Shown: positions 43,251 to 59,989 of the stretch, in pieces
How the letters are laid out: each line of letters starts with the position of its first letter
Position numbering within the stretch: position 1 is the first letter of the stretch
Notes under the pieces: generated by a model
The model's database searches: none
Told to the model about the DNA's origin: nothing
Seen by the model: only the letters and a program-made list of their open reading frames with translations
NCBI RefSeq assembly: GCF_009914755.1
Contig: NC_060930.1
Reading direction: 5' to 3' (one strand)
Length of the DNA stretch: 64,000 nucleotides
From: the human T2T-CHM13v2.0 reference genome, Homo sapiens
Translations under genes and position numbers: made by a program

Positions 43251-46200
43251 TTGAAGCTTATTTCATCAGGATCCTCTCTACCTAACATTTTGCAAATGAT
43301 GATGACTATACCTGAGTGCATTATTGTCTTTTTTACAATATGGGAGTATAACATTAGCATTATTATATAAATGCATGCCACCTTATTTTAAATGACCATG
43401 ATGCCGATAAAATAATAAAAATAACCACAATAAAATTTGTTGAGTGTTTACTGAATGCCAGGAACTGTGCTAAGCTTCTTATAAATTTTCAAATCTAACC
43501 CCTTTGAAATAAATCATGTTACTGCCCACTTTGTAGATAAGGGAATAGTAGATAAGAAGCTGTAAGTAACTTGCTTAGGTCATATGGGAAACATGGATCA
43601 AAATTGCAGCGCTGGTGGTCAGACAGCAGAGACTACGCTGCTCCCCACTCTCTAGACTACAGTTCCGCTCCCTCCTCTCCACCCCCTCCAAAAGAAAAAG
43701 GTGAATGATCACATCAAAAATAGTCCATGAAATTAGCTGGGAAGTAATTTTCACCAGAATGATTGATCCAAATATGCTGGGTGGACATCATGACCCCGTT
43801 GGTATGTGTGTAGAAACTGGGTACCAGCTTAGTCCCTTGCTGAAAGGCTGTTTGTCATACTCTGGTGCAATGGTTTAAGGAACTTCAAATTTAACTAATT
43901 AGCAAGAAATAACGATAATAAAAACACTCAGACTTAGGGACATTGGAATCTCTTCATCTTAATGAAAAGAATCTTGTGGAAAAGGAACAAAAACTATTAA
44001 GAAGAGTGACAAGATTAGCCTGTATTGAGGATGAAAAAGTGTGAATCACAGGTTAAAATAACAAGTTTCCTAATACCATTGGATTGTGGATAGGATCTGG
44101 GCAATTTGGCCTGTGGTGATCTCACCTATGTAACGATATTACAAGCATAAAGAAGATGTCATCCTCACTAAGCAACTCAAGTTGCTTCTCCAGGATGTAC
44201 TTCCTTCCTTAATTATGTTTTACTAGTGCACGCCCCTATTTGGGCAATCACATGTCACCTCTTAATCTCATCGGTGATGCTTGCGTTAGAGGAAGATAAC
44301 AATTGCACTCTCATTAATTGCCTGCTTATCTGGGCTGACATTTCCAAACCCACACAGGGAGCCCATAACTTTCTGTTCAAGAATATTTTAGTCCAACTAA
44401 ATGAGCATTTCACTGTTGACATACTAAATAAAAGGGTTGACTCACTCGTTACCCTGGAACCAAGGCTGTATTCTTAGAGGGTGTCACCTTACAGAGCCCT
44501 GGTGTCCTTAAAAAGAATCTGCCTGTTCCTGAACTCTCATGAAATTCTATATTCCAGCCTTCCGAATCCCAGAAGCCGGCTAACTGGTAAAAATTGAGAA
44601 TGAGATGCTGGCGTGTGGAGAATACTAGGCATGATAGGCTAAAGAAAGGAAAGCCCTTCTTCGGCAATCGCTGGATTTAACGTCTTATTCAGGGACCAGA
44701 CTTGAGCTGGAAGGAGGGGAAGATAAAGTTTGGTTTTCCTGTGACTGACTGGCTGTGCCCACAGAAACAGAGGCCTCCTCCCGCAGCCCCAGCAGTTGCG
44801 GTCAGGGAACCTCGTGCTGTGTTAGTGGCTGTGCTACTCTTTGTACAACAGCCCTGTCTCTCCAGCTCTGGCTGGAGCACAGGCCGCAAATAAATTGCTA
44901 ACATTTAAGTGCATCTGTTGCAAAGAGAGAAGCACAGAGGACACTGGGGAAATTTCGAACCAAATTTCAGGACTGAGCTCATAAAAGCATGCACCATCTG
45001 TGGAATTTTGTTCATATGCATCACTATAATGGGAGGGGGGCAATAGAGAAGGGAAAAAAGAGACAGATAAAGGATTGAGTGGTAACTGGATTTCAAACTG
45101 AAGTGTCTCTTCTCAGGTCGGTTCTCAGGTGGCATTTGGGCCAGGCAGGATCCTATCTTTCCTTACACTGAAGGGTCTGGCCGTGGGGATCTAATTGCAT
45201 GAATCAGCAACCACAAATTCCTTCTGCCCCTGTGTCTAAACACAATTTCCCCCTGCCCTCCACCCTCCATCTGCCCCCCACCCTCCATAATTTACTGATC
45301 CTGTACAAAGATTTAAGTAAGACTTTCCATCTTTCTTCCTGCTGCTTTGCTACTGCCCCAGGCTGAGCTGAGTCTAACTCTTTTCCTCCCATCATCCGTG
45401 TGGCAAAAAAAAAAAAAAAAAAAAACTAAACGCAAAAACAAAACAAAAACAAAACCCTGATCATTTTCTGATAAGCACTTTACATTTCTATAGCGCAGGA
45501 AAAGGGAAGTTCCTTCAGAATCCCTTTATAGATGATCGCTCTCATTGTCTAACAAGCTTTTCATTGTTTGTAATTTTCATTTCCCTCCACAGTTCAGGGC
45601 ACTTTGGAAAAAAACTCTATTCAGCACTTTTCCACTCATAATTCACGAGAAAAGAGTCATGCAGTATAATAAGGATAATTAGCTCTGACTGAAAATAATA
45701 AGCTTGGCACCAGAGAGCCCCCCCATGCACACAGTATCCATTTATCGTTTTGTGTACCCTCTGTCAAGGCTAATCACTACTCCTGTAATTACTAACCTGT
45801 TGAAAGGACAAAGGAAAATGCAATGCTGTACTTAAATAAATAACACTGCTTCTTCCCATATCATCTCAATAAAACTCTTTTAGAACAGACTCTTTCCTTA
45901 CAATTTTAGAGTTTAAAACTGCTGTTGTTTGTCCTCAAAAATATGATTTGCTATTGTAAGAATGATTTTCACTGTGTATGCATGGAAGAGGGGTTGCATT
46001 GCTTTAATTTAGATTCTTGTAAGATAAAGATAGCTGGGAGTGATGATCTCATGTTTAATAAGGCTCAACATTTATGTCGCGTGCTTCCTTTTCATTAATT
46101 TGTTAACCTTGGCGCAGTGTGGGAACAAGCACCATGTGAATGACCATATGCTTCCCCTGTTATTGTATCTTAATCCAGACCAGCAGACACTTGTAGTTTC

Positions 46201-46689
46201 CCTCCTAGGAGAGATGCTGCTGGTCATGCCAAACCTAAGTGGAGAAAGATGTAGACTAATAAAGTCCTCTCTCTTTTCTAGGAGTGATGCACCCTGGGAA
46301 GGATTAAAACACAGGTTCCGATTGTCATCCTTTTCATTCCTCATTTATCTGCCTGTCCCGCCTGATCCTACTAATGATTTTTTCTCTTCTGTACACGCTC
46401 TGAACCTTGTCTGCTAGGAAACAATTCATGTTCTTTTGGACTATGCATAAAGAGGGTTGTGGATGTTGGTGTTTCAAGATAGTGAAGTCTGTTGTCTCAG
46501 CCCACCCTCTCTCTAAACAGAATTCTCAGTCCTCAGAAATAACCTTCTTTCAGGTTTACACAGAAAGAAGTATCCACATCAGACACACAAAGTTAGCTTG
46601 CATTCATTTCTGGGATCCAAATGGTTCATCTCTTATCAAAAGACGAAAATGAGAAATGTTGTTAAAGAGATTGCTGAGTCATTGTTATG

Positions 46690-47330
46690 AATCTGTAAAG
46701 AGTTACAGAGAACAAGGAAGGTTCAAAAACTGGGGTGTCATTCTGATTTCCAGAAAGGAAGTGAAAGTGAATTCTGGCCAAGATGCTAGAATGGATTATT
46801 TAAGAGAAGCAGCAATGATCACTAGGAGCTAGCACTGGTTCACTAAGAACAAATCATGTCAAACACAACTCATTTCTTTCATCGACAATATAACCAGGCT
46901 TATAGATAAGGAAATAAGCTAGATTTTTGACCTTTGTTTTCCGTCTATATTTGAAGCTTCATTAAGAATCTCACAAAATCATAATATTCTTGTGGAGGAA
47001 CTGGCAGATTATTAGTGGAATATTAGTAATAACCATTATTATTAGTTATTACCCTCAAGCCAGAAAAACTGGAGGTGTTCAGGGAGAAGAAAACAGGGCA
47101 ATAAGGAATTAGATACTATATCCATGAGAAACAACAGGGAAAAAGAGACTTTTTAGGGGGGACAGAAAAGAAAAAGTGTCCTGGGTGATTGGACTTCCGT
47201 ATGGAACTGTGAGTAGCACTTGGACCACAATGGCAAAAAGTGACAGGGACCTGGATTCCAGCTCAACCATCAGAGCTATCCAAAGATGGAATGAGTTGCC
47301 TCTGAAGGTTCAGTGAGTGCTCCATTACTG
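46690..47330 (+). mobile_element. L3/CR1 LINE remnant
   Basis: atgatcactaggagctagcactggttcactaagaacaaatcatgtcaaacacaactcatttctttt matches the decayed CR1 RT motif I-x-x-SQHGFTKNKSCQTNLISF. Confidence 0.75.
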
Positions 47331-48500
47331 TAAAATCACAAAGGGCTACTTTACAACAGAGTAGAATTTCATAGTTTACAAAATCTTCACGTAACTCCTT
47401 GTCTTAAATCTTTTCCAGGCAAGCTGAAACCTGAGGCTCTATCTGAAGCTCAATGAGTTTTAGGAGAACTGGTCTAGTCTAGGGCTCCTGGATACGGATC
47501 AAAAAAGGAACTGAACATTGCATTTTGGATGAAGGCCGTCTTGGGAAGTTCCAAAGTAATCTGAAAAAGATCTTATTGGAAACGGAGATAGAGGAACAGC
47601 AAGGACCTCGCCAGAAACAATGTTAGTCGCTAATGCTGAGTGATGCTACTGCTCATGGGATGGAGGAGTGGCCACTGTCTACTGCAACCTTTGGAGAGAG
47701 GGAGGCAGCCTTCTGAAAGTCTACACTAGACTTCCCTTGTCAACAGCAGGCAGAGAGCTCTTTAAGACACTGAGCCAGTTCCAAAATTATCACATTTTAT
47801 CCTCATAACTACCCCTCTGGGTGAATAGGAAAAGCACTTGTGTCTCCATTTTTCAGAAGAAGAACCTGGAACCCAGAGAGTTGGTGTAAAATTTTCCAAG
47901 CCACACAGCAAACATAAGGCAGAGCCATACGTACAACAGCGTAGGTCTTCTGCCTCACTGCAGGCTTCATCGCACCAAGGTCAATATGAGAACATAGGGA
48001 GCAGATAGATACGTTAACACAGACAAATGGATCTTGCCACCCTGGCATGCTCTGTATTCTTTTCCTCCTGCCCTGATTTCTATAATTTGTTTGACTGCAG
48101 AAAACTGCAACATCTTCTGGGTCTCCCCATTGATCTACTTGTACCTATCTGATATATTTTTGAGGTAGAGTTCATAATGCTACCAATTCTTTTTATTTGA
48201 ATCTGTCTCAAAATCATAGTGTATAGACGTTCATTTGCTCCTGCTTATAATTACAGACTAAAAGATATTATTCAAGCCTCTAAGGAGTTGGACGTTTGCA
48301 GCCACTCAGACAATTTATAACTGTCAGTCTAAAGTAAGATGGTGAGTTCTTCATTAGTCTGGAGTCAGATCCCAAAGTGGAGGGTGGGCCCAAGTGGTTA
48401 GGACTATTTTAGCTTACCAAGATACCTGGGCATTATTGTAATTATTTTGGGAGGAAAACATCCCTTTACTATATTTATGTCTTTAAAAGAAAACAGTTTT

Positions 48501-48801
<301 letters not shown>

Positions 48802-51119
48802 GAATTTGCTGAATCATTTATTGGGTTTAACCAAATATTATTATTTAAAAAAACACTACTTATATTTTTTTAAATGATTTTTTGAGCTGGTCAATGCATA
48901 GCCACATACAATAGATTAATATAAAGGCATGAATATGTAAAGAGGACAAACTAATCACTCCCAGGCATAAGTCATTTCAAAGAATCATAGTTGCTAGTTG
49001 TGATAATGAGAAGAGTGTCTTTGACTTGAAAACGCTTATAAGTAGGATGCCGTGCTCTTTATGAGTTTTGAGTTTCCCAAAGACCTTTGAGGCTCATGTT
49101 GAGTTAGGAGAATGAGGAAGGAATTTTTCTGGACAGAGCTTCCTTCTCACTTTAGTTGAGTATTATTATGAGCTGTCGGAGGGGTAAATAACCTTATAAG
49201 GATAAATCTAAATCTGAATTCCTGGGACTTTTGCTGCAATTATTTTATGGTGGCATTAGGAATGCTCAGGAGGCTCTTGTCTAATCTGCCACCTATGAAA
49301 TAACATTGGTAATCATGTAGTAAAGAAGGGAATTCTGAAAACCTCGTGGAACAAAGAAAATGGTAGTGTTTAGTCTAAACCAGAGCAGCAAGTTGAACTT
49401 CCTTTGTTTGTCTTCTTCATTCTGTCTCACAATCTCTTCTTTCCCTCCCATCAATCCTCACTCGACAGTTAGGTTCCAGGTCATTTTCCAATTCACTCAA
49501 ATAGATGCCTCTGATGACCCCGTATCACACTGTCTAGCTGCTCAAATCTCTGAGAATATCTTCTTGTTACTATAAACTACAGATTGTGGGAGATATAAAA
49601 ATTAGTTAGGCACAGTTCTCATCTATTTAGGAAGACTATCCCTGTGTAAAAATAGAGCCAATGAGACAATCAGACAGTGCAATGCCAGACAATGGTAAAT
49701 GCCTGGCACTTAGTACACACAATAGGAGCTACATAACTTCAGAAAGCAAGTCCCTTTGGATTCAGGCAATCAGGGAAGGTTTCTCAAATGTGAGAAGTGA
49801 GATGAACAATCCCTGGTGCCCATAGTTCTTATGAAACTATACCTGAGTGGCTTCCATATAAGTCTTATTCAAATGTGGCTGTTTAGTTGCAAAATGACTC
49901 AACCCAACTGCCACATGCATAGTTTATTTGTGGCTACTCAACATTCTTTGTTATTTCTCTGTGCCCAAGCACACTTAAATGGACTTGTTTTTATAGTGTT
50001 GTGCTATAATTGTAGTTGGATTCAAGATTGGACGCCAGATATAGGTGAGGCAAGGCAAGGTTAACGTGGAAGCAGTTTATCTGAAAACAGTTGAGCTGTC
50101 AGGAGCACTGCAAAGTCAGAAATCAAGACAAGGGCAAGAGGATAAAACTCAGCAAATAAACTGGAACTGGCTCAAAGTATCAGCACTCACATAGACATGG
50201 GCATATGGATATTTCAAAACTGAAGGTACCTTCCACAGATTGTCTTATGGACTTTATGCTAGAATAGAATCAAGGGAAGAACTGGATGGGTAAGGCTCTG
50301 TAATAGGGAGTAAGTTAACCACCTAGAAGAGGAAGTAATTAGGTTGTGGTATAGTAAAATATATGGGGCAAAACACAGACTAATCTTTACACTCAAAATT
50401 CTTTTTGGGGTATCAAATAGTTTACTTAGCTCAATTACTAAGTAAACATAGTTTACTTAGCTCAATTTCAGATAATAGAGCATGAAAATATATAATTGAT
50501 TATGTTGAAACATTGGTTGTGGGGGAAAGTGGTCATACTGGTCCTGAAATATGCTAATTGGAGCTCTCTTAGAGTGCTGAAGTTTGATCTAATCCACACC
50601 TAGGAACATCAAAACACTCCTTGAACTTCCAGGTTAATTTTTCACGTGCCTCTAATGGTAGCACTCATCTTTTCAATGTAGACAAACCTTATGATTTTCA
50701 ATGAAAGTGCTCATGTAAGACCTTTAAAAACCAAGACCTGTGTGTTCTTCATGAAAATGTAAGAGTCCCTGACATTTAGGGTAACAGAAGGAGTTGCTCT
50801 GATATTCATTGCTAAATTTACAAGATTTGGCTGAAACTCCAAACGTCTGTCCTATCACGGTGGAGTATTAGTCAGTCTTTAAAACCTTTAGCTTACTGTA
50901 CTCTGGTGTGTGAGTGTGTTAAATGCCATGAACTATGTGACTGGTGGGCAGATAAATTGCCCAGATTCAAGCAATTTTTCAAGGCAACTATTGACTACAT
51001 GGAGTCATTTAGCTTAATCTAGGCATTCAAATCATTTGGGAGAAGAGGAGAATAACAGACGTGAACCATAGTGTCCAGGAGAGTTAGAACAGTCTTTTAA
51101 AGATTGTCAAGTGTAGCAG

Positions 51120-51360
51120 TCTAAAGTAATTTGGTGAGTAAGTATGTTTTTCCACTAATTCTGAGAGATGGCAACGTATTACCAGGAGAAAGTTTCCCAG
51201 ATAAAATAATTTGTGGACACTGTGTTAAGCAAAGCCAAACAAGTTCCCTTGTGGTTCTTAGAAATTTTAATATGCTAGTATGCATTAGGAATAAAGAGGG
51301 CCATCAACTTATTTCGCTAAGACTTTTAAAAACTTTCATGGATATAGTATTCTGAGAAAT
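51120..51360. mobile_element. hAT-Charlie remnant (MER103C-like)
   Basis: gttaagcaaagccaaacaagtt..tttaatatgctagtatgcatt..aacttattt. Confidence 0.45.
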
Positions 51361-52597
51361 GCCAAAATATTTTCTCTTCAGAATGAAAGCAAGACCCAGA
51401 GTGGTTAAGGGCTTTGCCTAAAGTTACAAGCTACCTATGCACAAGGAGCTCTAAAATGATTTACTTGAGTGAGGGATCACCATGGTGGTACAACACTGTG
51501 TGAAAAATAGACAAAGGAAAGAATGGCGACCATTTCTGAAACAATTAATGCTACAGATTTGAGGTTTTGAGTTGCATTGGACAAGGAGGCAAGGGAATGG
51601 CAGGAAGTAGCTTTACATCAACCAGACTAGATCATACATATGTGTGACCTATTGGCCCTACAGAGCACTTGGGTAAGGCCACAGCCCCTAGCCACCAGAG
51701 AAACTCACCATCAGCCATCTTCATCTGACTATCATTTGCACAGACTGGATGGATTTCCAGAGGAATGTGTGGAGACCAATTAAAAGATGGCATTAATTTT
51801 TATAATGAGCATTTGCATTAGCTTATAAATCTGAGAAATACATAACATGCTGCATATTAGTAATACCTTTTTGTTGCTTTTAAATTTGCACTAGAATATT
51901 TTCCAACCATGTCTAGAAAAACACTATTAGAAAGGGGCTTCACTTTCCATTAATGATTTTAAGAGGAAAATTTTATAGTAGGATTCATGACCCACGGATC
52001 CCTAGGTGTTACATAAATAATACAGGAAACTGCAAAATGATCTTATGTAAAGTCACTCCACAAAATGCATGTTTAATTAGCACCTACTAATAAAACAGAT
52101 GCATATGAAATTATTTAGAGTGACATGTACTATTCTGAACAATACAGTCTCAGCTCAGGTTGCCAAGGGCATGCAACATAACCTGTTTTTAATTGAGCAA
52201 TTTATCACCAAACAAAATAAGAGACAGCTTGTGTTTTATAGTTTCTGTAGTACATCATTATCCAACAATAAATGCAAAAATAAATTACAAAAAAACAAAC
52301 TTTAAACAAGAAAAAATTTAAAGGCACAGATTTTTTTTTTGTGGGGGGATTTAATAATCTAAGAGTTTTATGTGAAAACCAAAAAGTGGATCGACACCAT
52401 GCTGGTTATTTTAAAAGCAAAATTGTAGTGTTTTCCTTTAACTTGACCACATTATTTTCAATATGTTGTAAGAACTACCTTTGAAGAATAGCCCAGAGCA
52501 GTTTTAAAGGCATGACTCTCAAATTTAGAATCTATTTTGATTTTGTACAAATGCAAAACAGAAGATTTATTTTAGTTGAAATAGGTTGCTTTTCACC

Positions 52598-52636
52598 ACA
52601 CATACACACACATACACACACACACTCACACACTCA
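52598..52636. repeat. Imperfect (CA)n microsatellite
   Basis: Direct reading. Confidence 0.9.
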
Positions 52637-52818
52637 TAGGGTCAAAGAAAAAACTGGCAAATAATATGATGAAAACAGTAAAGAAGAACAGGGGTGCCCT
52701 TAGGTTTCAGTATTCAGAACTATCCTGGGAACTTCTCAGTGAGGGATTGTTTAATCACTTTTTGACAACAACTCTAACATTTATGATTAGATGAATGTCA
52801 AAGGCAGTCTTGAAAGGC

Positions 52819-52993
52819 AAAAAAAAGAAAGAGAGGAAAGAAAGGAAGAAAGAGAAAAAGAAAGAAGAGAGAGGGAAAGAGAAGGAAAGAAAGAAAGAAA
52901 GGAAAAGAAAGAAAAAGAGAGGGAGGGAGGGAGGGAGGGAGGAAGGAAGGAAGGAAGGAAGGAAGGAAGGAAGGAAGGAAGGAAGGAAGGAAA
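52819..52993. repeat. 175-bp homopurine tract ending in (GGGA)n(GGAA)13
   Basis: No pyrimidine between 52819 and 52993; 13 consecutive GGAA at 52941-52992. Confidence 0.95.
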
Positions 52994-54907
52994 CCAACAC
53001 CAGAGCATCGCTGCTTGAGAGATAATTATGGGAAGGTCAAAGGGCAGTCCTCCTACTTGCCATGACACCATCCTTGGCCACGGCAGTGACTAGAGTTTAT
53101 TGTGCGTATCTGACTCTCATATCTTTTTTATCTCAGGACCAGCTGTGTCACCTCATTCTCACCCAGGAACTGTCTCTCTCTCTTGCCCCATCCCCCTGTC
53201 CTGTCAACCTAACTCTTGTCCTTTAAAGTCACTGCTGAGCTGCCTGGGGCCTGAGTCCTAACAGCATCGGGCGGGGATCTGAAGTGACCTTATTACTGGG
53301 CTAAAATATGAGGAAAATTCTGAATCTCACTCTAACTTATAAGAACTGTGGATTCAGAGGTCATGAATTTCATTTCTTTCTCCAAGCAAAATTCGGGAAA
53401 TATTTTAGATACCTACTGTATTCAAGGTGCTGAGCTAGGTACTATCAGGTGAAACAGGTCTCTTATCAAAGAGGTGACAAGTAAGCGTCATAAGAGGAGT
53501 TTTTAATAGGATGAAGATCAGGAAAAAGCTAGGATTAGAACTGAACAGATGTGTGATTCCCTTCCTTGAGAGCCAGCCTATACCTCTGAAGTTAAACAAG
53601 TGCATAGAATCCTGGCCTAATTGGAGAGGAGCTGTTCTCCATTGATCCAAGTTTTTGGATACTATTAAGTATCTCCAAATAGTTCTTGGTGCTATACCTT
53701 GCAATGGTTGCTGTGCGCTCACATCGTATGCAATGGAAATTATTTAGCCTATCCTACAGCAGAATAAAGTGCCATACATAGAGAATCAAAAGTTTTGTCT
53801 ATAATAACATGAATCCATTTTAACAGAAAAAAACCTCACCATTTTACAAAATATAGTGATAAAGTGTTTGAAAAATATTTTTGAAATGTAAATATTAGCC
53901 TTGTATGGTCTTTGGCTTAAAAGTTTGGATTTGTATACACTTGGTTCTCCAAAAGTAATACATGCCCATGAGTGTTCCTTAGGGGAGTAATTCCAGCACT
54001 GGCTTAAGCCTTTACATATTGAGTTCTATATAAACTTTATGTACCGCCTTCATTTTCTTTTGGCTTCATTTTTCTCACTTATTTTACCTGTTTTCTTTTT
54101 CCTCTTCTTGTATTACAAGTCTCTATATAAGTTGCTTTCAATCCTTTCTGTAACTAGATAGGGTATTCATTCATAAATAAAATATCAGCTCTACATCTTC
54201 TCTCTAAGACACAAGATGTCCTCATGTTGCCATGCCAGGCCCAGGTCAGAGGCAAAATAATCCCCTTCAATCCCATGGTTACTATTAAGAAAGTTCACTC
54301 ACTGGGCACTAGTAAGGCCCTGTGCGTTTATAATAGCTTAGCAACTACTTTCTGTTAAGGACCAATGCCTTTTGTGGCCCTAAAAAGCAGGGTACACATT
54401 TTTGCTCTTGAAGACATGATCAACATGTTCTATTGGAAGGGTGTTTCAGATATAACTTTTGCATGTGAATAAGAAAAAAATTCAGGGCTGCCAGCTCTTT
54501 AGACTCCTTGAACATCAGAGGCCGAGAAAACAACATTTTCAAACCTTTTATGTATCAACAGAATAAAATATTTTGAAGACACACTAGTCGCATATGGTTA
54601 TCCCAGAATATCACAATTCATGAATATGGGTGTTATTGTTTTTTTGTTCTGCAAGAAAGCTTCACACACTCTTTCACAGATATGCCAAGTATAGCTTGAT
54701 TCATAATAGATTCATAATAGACGCTGAAAGATGAACATGTGAACCGCCTGCAAAGTAGTTAACCATGTTTTATTTGTTGTTGACAAAGCTAGCAGCACTT
54801 TCTTTGCCTTGGAGTGGGAATCAGGAAATTTAACTATTGGTCTGAAAAGCAAATGAGAATGTGAAACTGAACGTAGCCATGTGATGAGGTGACTTCACTA
54901 TTCTTTA

Positions 54908-56923
<2,016 letters not shown>

Positions 56924-58274
56924 CAAAAATAAATAAACCTTTTTTTCTTTAACAATTTCTCCCCTACTGGAATGTGAATGGTAAAAGAGAAATCATCTGC
57001 AAAATCCTTTATTGTGCTTTGAGGGAAGGTATTATAATAAAATACATATTACTATTGCAAAGCCAATTATTCCCTATATATTTTCTTTTGCAATACAGAA
57101 AACCCAAGAAATAGGAAAACCTGAGTTCCAGTCCCCACTTTACCACTGAGTAGTACTCAAGTCCAAGGTCAACTGAAGATACTAATTGACCCTGGACTTG
57201 AGTCTGATTATCTAGTTCATTCAGTCCACCAACATTTAGAGGTATGTTCAAGACACCATTCCAAATAGAGAATATATATGATAAAGCCCTTGTTCTCTTG
57301 GAATGCACAGTCATGGACGATAAGGAGAGAGGACAGACACTAAAAAACATAGAATGGTAAAACCAAGTATTATGGAAGTTTAGAAATTTGAACTAAGCCA
57401 TTTTGTAAGGTCTCTCTGAGCTTTGTGATTCTACAGAAACCTTGTCCTGACTAGGAAGACGATTTTACTTTTTCTGATGAGGAGATGTCTTCAGAAATAA
57501 TCTGCTAATGAATAGATGATCCTGTTAGGAATGGGGCATGACACTTTACAAACTATATGATAGAACTGGTAGGAGTTTAATAGGAGAAGAGCTAGCCTTG
57601 GGTCTCCAAGGGAAGGCAGAGAGGAGGGCTGGAAATTGTGGAAATTGTGGCTCACCATCAAGGGGAGTGATTGGGGCAGGGAGTCCAGGATGGCAAAGCA
57701 TCCTAATGAGTGACGAGCGCAGTGTGAAGAATTCAGAGCAAGAGATGCAGACAAACAGGGCAGAGCAGACAAGCAGCTGACATGGATGAAGGGCATCAGA
57801 TGGAAATAGGCTTGCAGCCCCCAAGAGGGGGTTCATGGCCATGGCTATTGTTCCTGGGTAAGGAAGAAGCAAAGAGCTACAGTCCTGGGGCAAGTATAGT
57901 ACTAGGCAGTTTCCCACAACAGGAAATTAGGAGCTAGGAACAGTGGAGAAACCAGTTATAAAAACAGCAACAAATGCAAGATGAGAGTGGAAGCAAAGGT
58001 CATGCGATGCTAAACACCAGACTGTTTACCAGGAGACTTAAGTCTTGCCACACAAGCAAGGACTGTTCTTGGGAAGTGAAGACAGGGCAGAGTTTGGGTT
58101 TGGGGGTGGTCAAGATGGGAAGTAGGGCTGTGGGAAGAAGAGGAATTCAGAGGTGTGGAATCAGGCAAAGGACACTGTTCATAATCTAGGCTTCCTCGGG
58201 TATAATGAAGCCTCTCTTCGTAGATGGATCTTCCTAAATGATTTGCTAATAAAGCAAATATTCTTCTTATGTAA

Positions 58275-58835
58275 CTGTAGTGGCTTCTGAGATTGTCCCA
58301 TCAACATTCACACCATCCCTTTGCCATTGTTCAACATATTGATCTCCACCTCCAGGGATGAACCCTAATTGGTCTAAGCTGATCATGGTAACCCCATGCT
58401 GCTGACCAGTGATTGACACAGGAACCCAGAGTTAAGCCAGTCAATGCACAGCATTCACTTGGACAGGGCCATTTGTCAGGAATAGTTTCATGATGCAATT
58501 CAGCCAAAAGATACAAGGGAAGTTTTTTAAGGGTTTCAGGTATGTTTCCTTGCCCTCAACGGAGAGGCACAAGGAGAGATGCTCTTCCTTTCATGTGGGC
58601 CTCATAGGGTGCTGATGTGTGGCCTTGTAGTAACATATTGTGGCATTTCTCTGGCAGCTTGAGAATAAAGAACAAGGAAGAGGGCAGGGCCATGGGATAA
58701 TAAGGAGAAGTCATATGTAATAACTGACCTACCTCTAGACCTTTATTTATGCAAGGCAATACAATTCTTTATTGTCTAAATCAGTTGATTTGGATTTTCT
58801 CTCACTTGCAGCCAAAAGCATCTTATCTGATATAA
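58275..58835. mobile_element. Old MaLR LTR (MLT1H/I/J-type)
   Basis: ctaattggtctaagc..atcatggtaacccc; terminal cacttgcagccaaaagcatcttatctgata. Confidence 0.7.
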
Positions 58836-59989
58836 CACCTTAACTATTGCCAAGTTTAACACTTAGGGGCCATTGCATCATTAGCAAGCTAGTCTACAAA
58901 TCACATCTGATCATAGACAATTCTAAAAGCTAGAATCAACTTATTAAGAGAGAGTCAATTTAATAATATTGAGCCTGCTTCAATCTTTAGGCTCTGTGGC
59001 ATAAAGCAATAGGCCAGACTTGGCTTCCTGCCCTGGTTCTGCCACTCACGACTTGCCTATCCATGGAAAGTCCACCTTGCTTTCTTGAGGATTGAGTTAT
59101 ATCATCCATACAGCTCTATAATTTTCTTCAGCTCTATAATTTCAATAAACAACTCAATCAAATTCAACAGTCCTGGAGAAAGAACTTATGTGTCAGGCAT
59201 GATTATAGGCATTAGAAATAGAACATGGAGTCATGGTTCCTGATGTTATGGAGCTTAACATCTTCAATAATTCTACCATGTCCAGTGCAACTAAACTAAC
59301 TGATAGGTTAAAGAAATGGGGACTAAGCAAGAAGGGTGGTCTTCATGCTTCTCTATGAGACTTGACTAAAATGATCAGGATTTTTTGGTCTGAACAGATG
59401 AAGTCAAGGAGAAATATGGTTTATGTGGAGAAAGTAAACATGGACCATTGTTTATCTTTCTTTCCCTAAGAACCATTCTTGAAGCTCAAAATAGGAAAGT
59501 TTAGGACAAACAGCAAAGAGTTTTCGCATTTTCCTCTATTCGAGAATTTGAGGGGTAGAGTACTTTTGTGAGGGCTTTGTAATTAGCCCCAGCTTAAAAT
59601 TACAGCTTCTGACTCTTTGCTTATGAGTTTCCTGAGGGGAAATTCTTGACCTCTCTGCTTTGCACCTTCTCTGAAGAAGATAGCAAGAAAACTGTGGTTA
59701 CTGACCTTCCTTCCCACATTTTTAAAGGCTTCAGAGTGTAGGGAGGTCTCTGAGCAGCAAAGCATCCTTAACCTGCTTCTAGAGGGGCTCCCAGGGTCTG
59801 TGGGTGCTCCCGATCTTTGCCCACAGCAGTGACCAACATGAAGGACTTTCCACAGTTTGTGTCTCCTATGAGTGATAGTTCTCACCAGGGTGCTATGCAG
59901 GGCCAGCTTCCAGTTGGAGAGCCCCCTGTGATTTTTCTCTTGAGTTCCTTACAGTTTTTTCTCTGCATCAAAGGTTGCTGTGGGACAAA

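Noticed and set aside
52755-53071. Low-complexity ORFs (EGRK / PSFL repeats)
   Set aside because: Translations of the (GGAA)n/purine microsatellite.
57491-57917. Overlapping 80-123 aa ORFs in purine-rich unique sequence
   Set aside because: No recognisable domain or splice structure; composition suggests a decayed L2 or chance.
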